Origin: Longivirga aurantiaca
GTDB taxonomy: Bacteria > Actinomycetota > Actinomycetes > S36-B12 > CAIYMF01
Direction: 5' to 3'
DNA length: 32,000 nt
NCBI RefSeq assembly: GCF_042660085.1
Contig: NZ_JBHSTI010000008.1
Span: 1,329,876 to 1,361,875, forward strand
Part shown: positions 28,833 through 32,000 of the stretch, piece by piece
How the letters are laid out: every line of letters starts with the position of its first letter
Numbering within the stretch: position 1 is the stretch's first letter
Translations under genes and position numbers: made by a program
The notes under the pieces: generated by a model
Told to the model about the DNA's origin: nothing
The model's database searches: none
Seen by the model: the letters and a program-made list of their open reading frames with translations, nothing else

Positions 28833-30059
28833 GTGTCGCTCGCAGGAGCCACGCAGGACGAGGTGCGTCGCCACAACCTGGCCGCGCTCGCCCGGTTCCT
28901 GCACGACCACGGGTCGACCTCCCGCTCCGAGCTCGTCAGCCACACGGGGCTCAACCGCAGCACGGTCGGCGGACTGATCGCCGACCTCGTGTCGTCGGGC
29001 CTGGTCCGGGAGACCGAGCCGGTCGGTCGCGGCGTCGGCCGGCCGTCGTACGGCGTCGAGCCGGTCCGCGAGCGCGCGTACGTCCTGGCCATCGACCTCC
29101 GGGTCGACCGGGCGATCGTCGCGCTCGTCGGCTTCGGCGGCGACGTCCTGCACCGTCGCGAGCACGCGTTCCGGAAGGGGCAGCAGCGCGAGGACCGCAT
29201 CGTGCGCGAGACGGTCCAGGTCTGCCACGAGGCGCTCGCGGCCGCACCGCAGCACTCCGTGCTCGTGGGCGTCGGCGTCGGCGTGCCTGGTCTCGTGCGC
29301 CAGCCCGACGGTCTCGTGCGGTTCGCGCCCAACCTCGGCTGGGTGGACGTGCCGCTCGGAGACCTCGTGGCCGATGCGCTCGGCCTGTCCGTCCCGGTCG
29401 TCATCGGCAACGACTCCGACCTCGGTGCCGTCGCCGAGCGCCAGCGGGGCAGCGCCGTCGGCGCCTCCAACGTGATCTACCTGTCCGGCCAGGTCGGCGT
29501 CGGCGGTGGCATCGTGATCGACGGCCGCCTGCTCATGGGCGCGCAGGGCTACGGCGGCGAGATCGGCCACATGCGCGTGAACCCCCGTGGCCGTGGCTGC
29601 CGGTGCGGTGCGATCGGCTGCTGGGAGACCGAGATCGGCGAGCCCGCCGTCGCGCTGTCCGCAGGGTCGCCCGAAGGAACCTCGGTCGCGCAAATCATCG
29701 AGGCCGCCGCGGCAGGCGACAAGGACGCCCGGAAGGGTCTGCGCACGGTGGGCGGCTGGCTCGGCGTGGGCGTCGCCAACCTCGTGAACATCTTCAACCC
29801 CGACGTCATCGTGTTCGGAGGCTCGCTGCGGGAGATCCTCCCCGCGACCCGCGACGCGGTGGACGCCGCGGTCGAGGGCGCCCTGGCCGCGCCGGCCGAG
29901 CACGTCGTGCTCGCGCTCCCCGCGCTCGGCGACGACTCCACGCTGCTCGGCGCCGCCGAGTCCGCGTTCGCCGCCCTCCTGGACGACCCGATGGGTGTCG
30001 TGGCCGGGGGAGTGCACCGGGAGAGCCGGGGTCTTGCGGATGTCGTCTCAGGCCGCTGA
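28833..30059 (+). CDS. ROK family transcriptional regulator
   Basis: N-terminal winged-HTH (STSRSELVSHTGLNRSTVGGLIADLVSSGLV), ROK domain with zinc motif CRCGAIGCWE; GGGAGG before GTG 28833. Confidence 0.93.
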   Translation: MSLAGATQDEVRRHNLAALARFLHDHGSTSRSELVSHTGLNRSTVGGLIADLVSSGLVRETEPVGRGVGRPSYGVEPVRERAYVLAIDLRVDRAIVALVGFGGDVLHRREHAFRKGQQREDRIVRETVQVCHEALAAAPQHSVLVGVGVGVPGLVRQPDGLVRFAPNLGWVDVPLGDLVADALGLSVPVVIGNDSDLGAVAERQRGSAVGASNVIYLSGQVGVGGGIVIDGRLLMGAQGYGGEIGHMRVNPRGRGCRCGAIGCWETEIGEPAVALSAGSPEGTSVAQIIEAAAAGDKDARKGLRTVGGWLGVGVANLVNIFNPDVIVFGGSLREILPATRDAVDAAVEGALAAPAEHVVLALPALGDDSTLLGAAESAFAALLDDPMGVVAGGVHRESRGLADVVSGR

Positions 30060-30099
30060 GGGTGACGATCGCGACACGGACACCGGCGGTCGGGAGGCC

Positions 30100-30117
30100 G
30101 GGAAGGCCCGCCTTCCC
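30100..30117 (+). terminator. terminator-like hairpin between ROK regulator and dxs
   Basis: GGGAAGGC-CC-GCCTTCCC, perfect 8-bp arms; immediately precedes the dxs -10-like element. Confidence 0.5.
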
Positions 30118-30129
30118 TAGACTCGGGCC

Positions 30130-32000
30130 ATGAGCCTCCTGCCCCGGATCGGGTCGCCGGACGATCTGCGGGCGCTGCCCGCAGAGGTCCTCCCCGACCT
30201 CGCGGCCGAGATCCGTGCGGCGCTCGTCGAGAAGGTCACCCGCACCGGCGGGCACCTCGGACCCAACCTGGGCGTGGTCGAGCTCACGATCGCGCTGCAC
30301 CGCGTGTTCCGGTCGCCGCAGGACGTGCTCGTCTTCGACACGGGCCACCAGTCGTACGTGCACAAGATGCTCACCGGGCGGCTCGCGGACTTCGACGACC
30401 TGCGCCAGGGCGGCGGCCTCTCCGGGTATCCCAGCCGGGCGGAGTCCGAGCACGACGTCGTGGAGAACTCGCACGCCTCGACCGCGCTGTCGTGGGCGGA
30501 CGGCATCGCGAAGGGCTTCGAGCAGACAGGGGAGCTCGAGGCCCGGCACGTCGTCGGGATCATCGGGGACGGCGCTCTCACGGGCGGTATGGCGTGGGAG
30601 GCCCTCAACAACATCGCCGGGGCACCGGACCGCCCGCTCGTCATCGTGGTCAACGACAACGAGCGCTCGTACTCGCCGACCATCGGCGGCCTGGCCCACC
30701 ACCTCGCGACCCTGCGCACCGCCCGCAGCTACGAACGGGTGCTCGACTTCGGCAAGCGGGCGCTCGGCCGCACGCCGGTGCTCGGCCCTCCGATGTACGA
30801 GACCCTGCACGGGATCAAGAAGGGCATCAAGGACGTCGTCGCTCCACAGGGCATGTTCGAGGACCTGGGCCTGAAGTACATCGGCCCCGTGGACGGCCAC
30901 GACATCCCCGCGCTCGAGCACGCGCTCCGTCGCGCGCGCTCGTTCCCCGGCCCGGTCATCGTCCACGTCATCACCGAGAAGGGGCGCGGGTACACCCCGG
31001 CGCTGCAGGACGAGGCCGAGCGGTTCCACGCGGTCGGCATCCTCGACCCCGAGACGGGTCAGCCTCTCGGCACCAAGGGCACCACGTGGACGTCGGTGTT
31101 CTCCTCCGAGCTCGTCGAGATCGGTCGCCGTCGGCCCGACGTCGTGGCGATCACCGCGGCCATGATGGGGCCGACCGGCCTCGACAAGTTCTGCGCCGAG
31201 TTCCCGCACCGCACCTTCGACGTCGGGATCGCCGAGCAGCACGCGGCCACGAGCGCGGCGGGCATGGCGTACGCGGGCGTGCACCCGGTCGTCGCGGTCT
31301 ATGCGACGTTCCTCAACCGGGCGTTCGACCAGGTGCTCATGGACATCGCCCTCCACAAGGCCGGCGTGACGTTCGTGCTCGACCGTGCAGGGGTGACGGG
31401 CGACGACGGCGCGAGCCACAACGGCATGTGGGACATGTCGATCATGGGCGTGGTGCCGGGTGTGCGCGTCGCGGCGCCGCGCGACGCGGCGACCCTGCGC
31501 GAGGAGCTCGGTGAGGCCGTCGAGGTGTCGGACGCCCCCACGGTCGTGCGCTTCCCCAAGGGCGGCGTGGGCGACGACGTACCGGCTCTCGAGCGGGTCG
31601 GCGGCGTCGACGTGCTGCGGCGTGACGACGAGCGCGACGTGCTGCTCGTGTCGGTGGGTGCCTTCGCCCCGCTCTGCCTCGAGGTCGCGGACCGCCTCGC
31701 GGCGCAGGGGATCGGTGTGACGGTCGTCGACCCGCGCTGGGTCGTGCCGGTGCCTGCCGCGCTGATCGGGCTCGCCGCCGAGCACCGCCTGGTGGTGAGC
31801 GTCGAGGACAACAGCCGCGCGGGCGGCATCGGGTCGGGCATCGCCCAGGCGCTGCGCGACGCCGAGGTCGACGTCCCCTTCCGCGACTTCGGCATCGAGC
31901 GCAGGTTCCTCGACCACGGCACGCGGGCGACGGTGCTCGGCGAGCTGGGGCTGACCGCGCAGGACGTCTCGCGCGCCGTGGTGGAGACGGTGGCCCGGCT
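30130..32000 (+). CDS. dxs: 1-deoxy-D-xylulose-5-phosphate synthase, N-terminal part (3' truncated by window edge)
   Basis: Frame open from ATG 30130 to the window end: [54 protein letters not shown] motifs. Confidence 0.97.
   Translation, partial: MSLLPRIGSPDDLRALPAEVLPDLAAEIRAALVEKVTRTGGHLGPNLGVVELTIALHRVFRSPQDVLVFDTGHQSYVHKMLTGRLADFDDLRQGGGLSGYPSRAESEHDVVENSHASTALSWADGIAKGFEQTGELEARHVVGIIGDGALTGGMAWEALNNIAGAPDRPLVIVVNDNERSYSPTIGGLAHHLATLRTARSYERVLDFGKRALGRTPVLGPPMYETLHGIKKGIKDVVAPQGMFEDLGLKYIGPVDGHDIPALEHALRRARSFPGPVIVHVITEKGRGYTPALQDEAERFHAVGILDPETGQPLGTKGTTWTSVFSSELVEIGRRRPDVVAITAAMMGPTGLDKFCAEFPHRTFDVGIAEQHAATSAAGMAYAGVHPVVAVYATFLNRAFDQVLMDIALHKAGVTFVLDRAGVTGDDGASHNGMWDMSIMGVVPGVRVAAPRDAATLREELGEAVEVSDAPTVVRFPKGGVGDDVPALERVGGVDVLRRDDERDVLLVSVGAFAPLCLEVADRLAAQGIGVTVVDPRWVVPVPAALIGLAAEHRLVVSVEDNSRAGGIGSGIAQALRDAEVDVPFRDFGIERRFLDHGTRATVLGELGLTAQDVSRAVVETVAR

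Noticed and set aside
28584-30059. 491-aa version of the ROK regulator
   Set aside because: N-terminal extension overlaps the permease in another frame; GTG 28833 has a strong GGGAGG SD and begins the HTH domain.
29806-31917. 703-aa minus-strand ORF antisense to dxs and ROK genes
   Set aside because: Shadow frame; dxs motifs on the plus strand are unambiguous and the antisense product is low-complexity.

Overview
High-GC actinobacterial window, most like Micrococcales/Cellulomonas-type sequence (my inference from codon usage and gene content). It is densely packed with mostly core genes and I see no phage, transposon, CRISPR array, toxin-antitoxin or defence island. Order: NDP-forming acyl-CoA synthetase (5' truncated), MFS, DUF5998, thymidine kinase, rhodanese | SepH, MFS | hemH, inositol monophosphatase, SDR | gamma-carbonic anhydrase | DUF4193, hypothetical | DUF4235, DUF3093 | thioesterase, dut, DUF3710 | alpha/beta hydrolase | OB-fold, DUF3159 | two TrkA/RCK proteins | KimA-like APC permease, TrmA/RumA-type methyltransferase, VOC protein, acnA, small hypothetical, XylFGH-like sugar ABC transporter, ROK regulator, dxs (3' truncated). 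The dut-OB-fold-ceoB/ceoC-permease-methyltransferase block matches the conserved M. tuberculosis Rv2689c-Rv2699c neighbourhood (recalled, not searched). I did not find a clearly new multi-gene system. The observations most worth a second look are non-coding: at least twelve start codons preceded 6-8 nt by a -10-like hexamer (putative leaderless genes), including both sides of four very short divergent intergenic regions; three of five convergent pairs whose stop codons share one CTAG palindrome; a perfect 18-bp AT-rich palindrome upstream of acnA; a 23-bp inverted repeat between convergent genes; and a perfect 18-bp-stem hairpin between the sugar-binding protein and ATPase genes.
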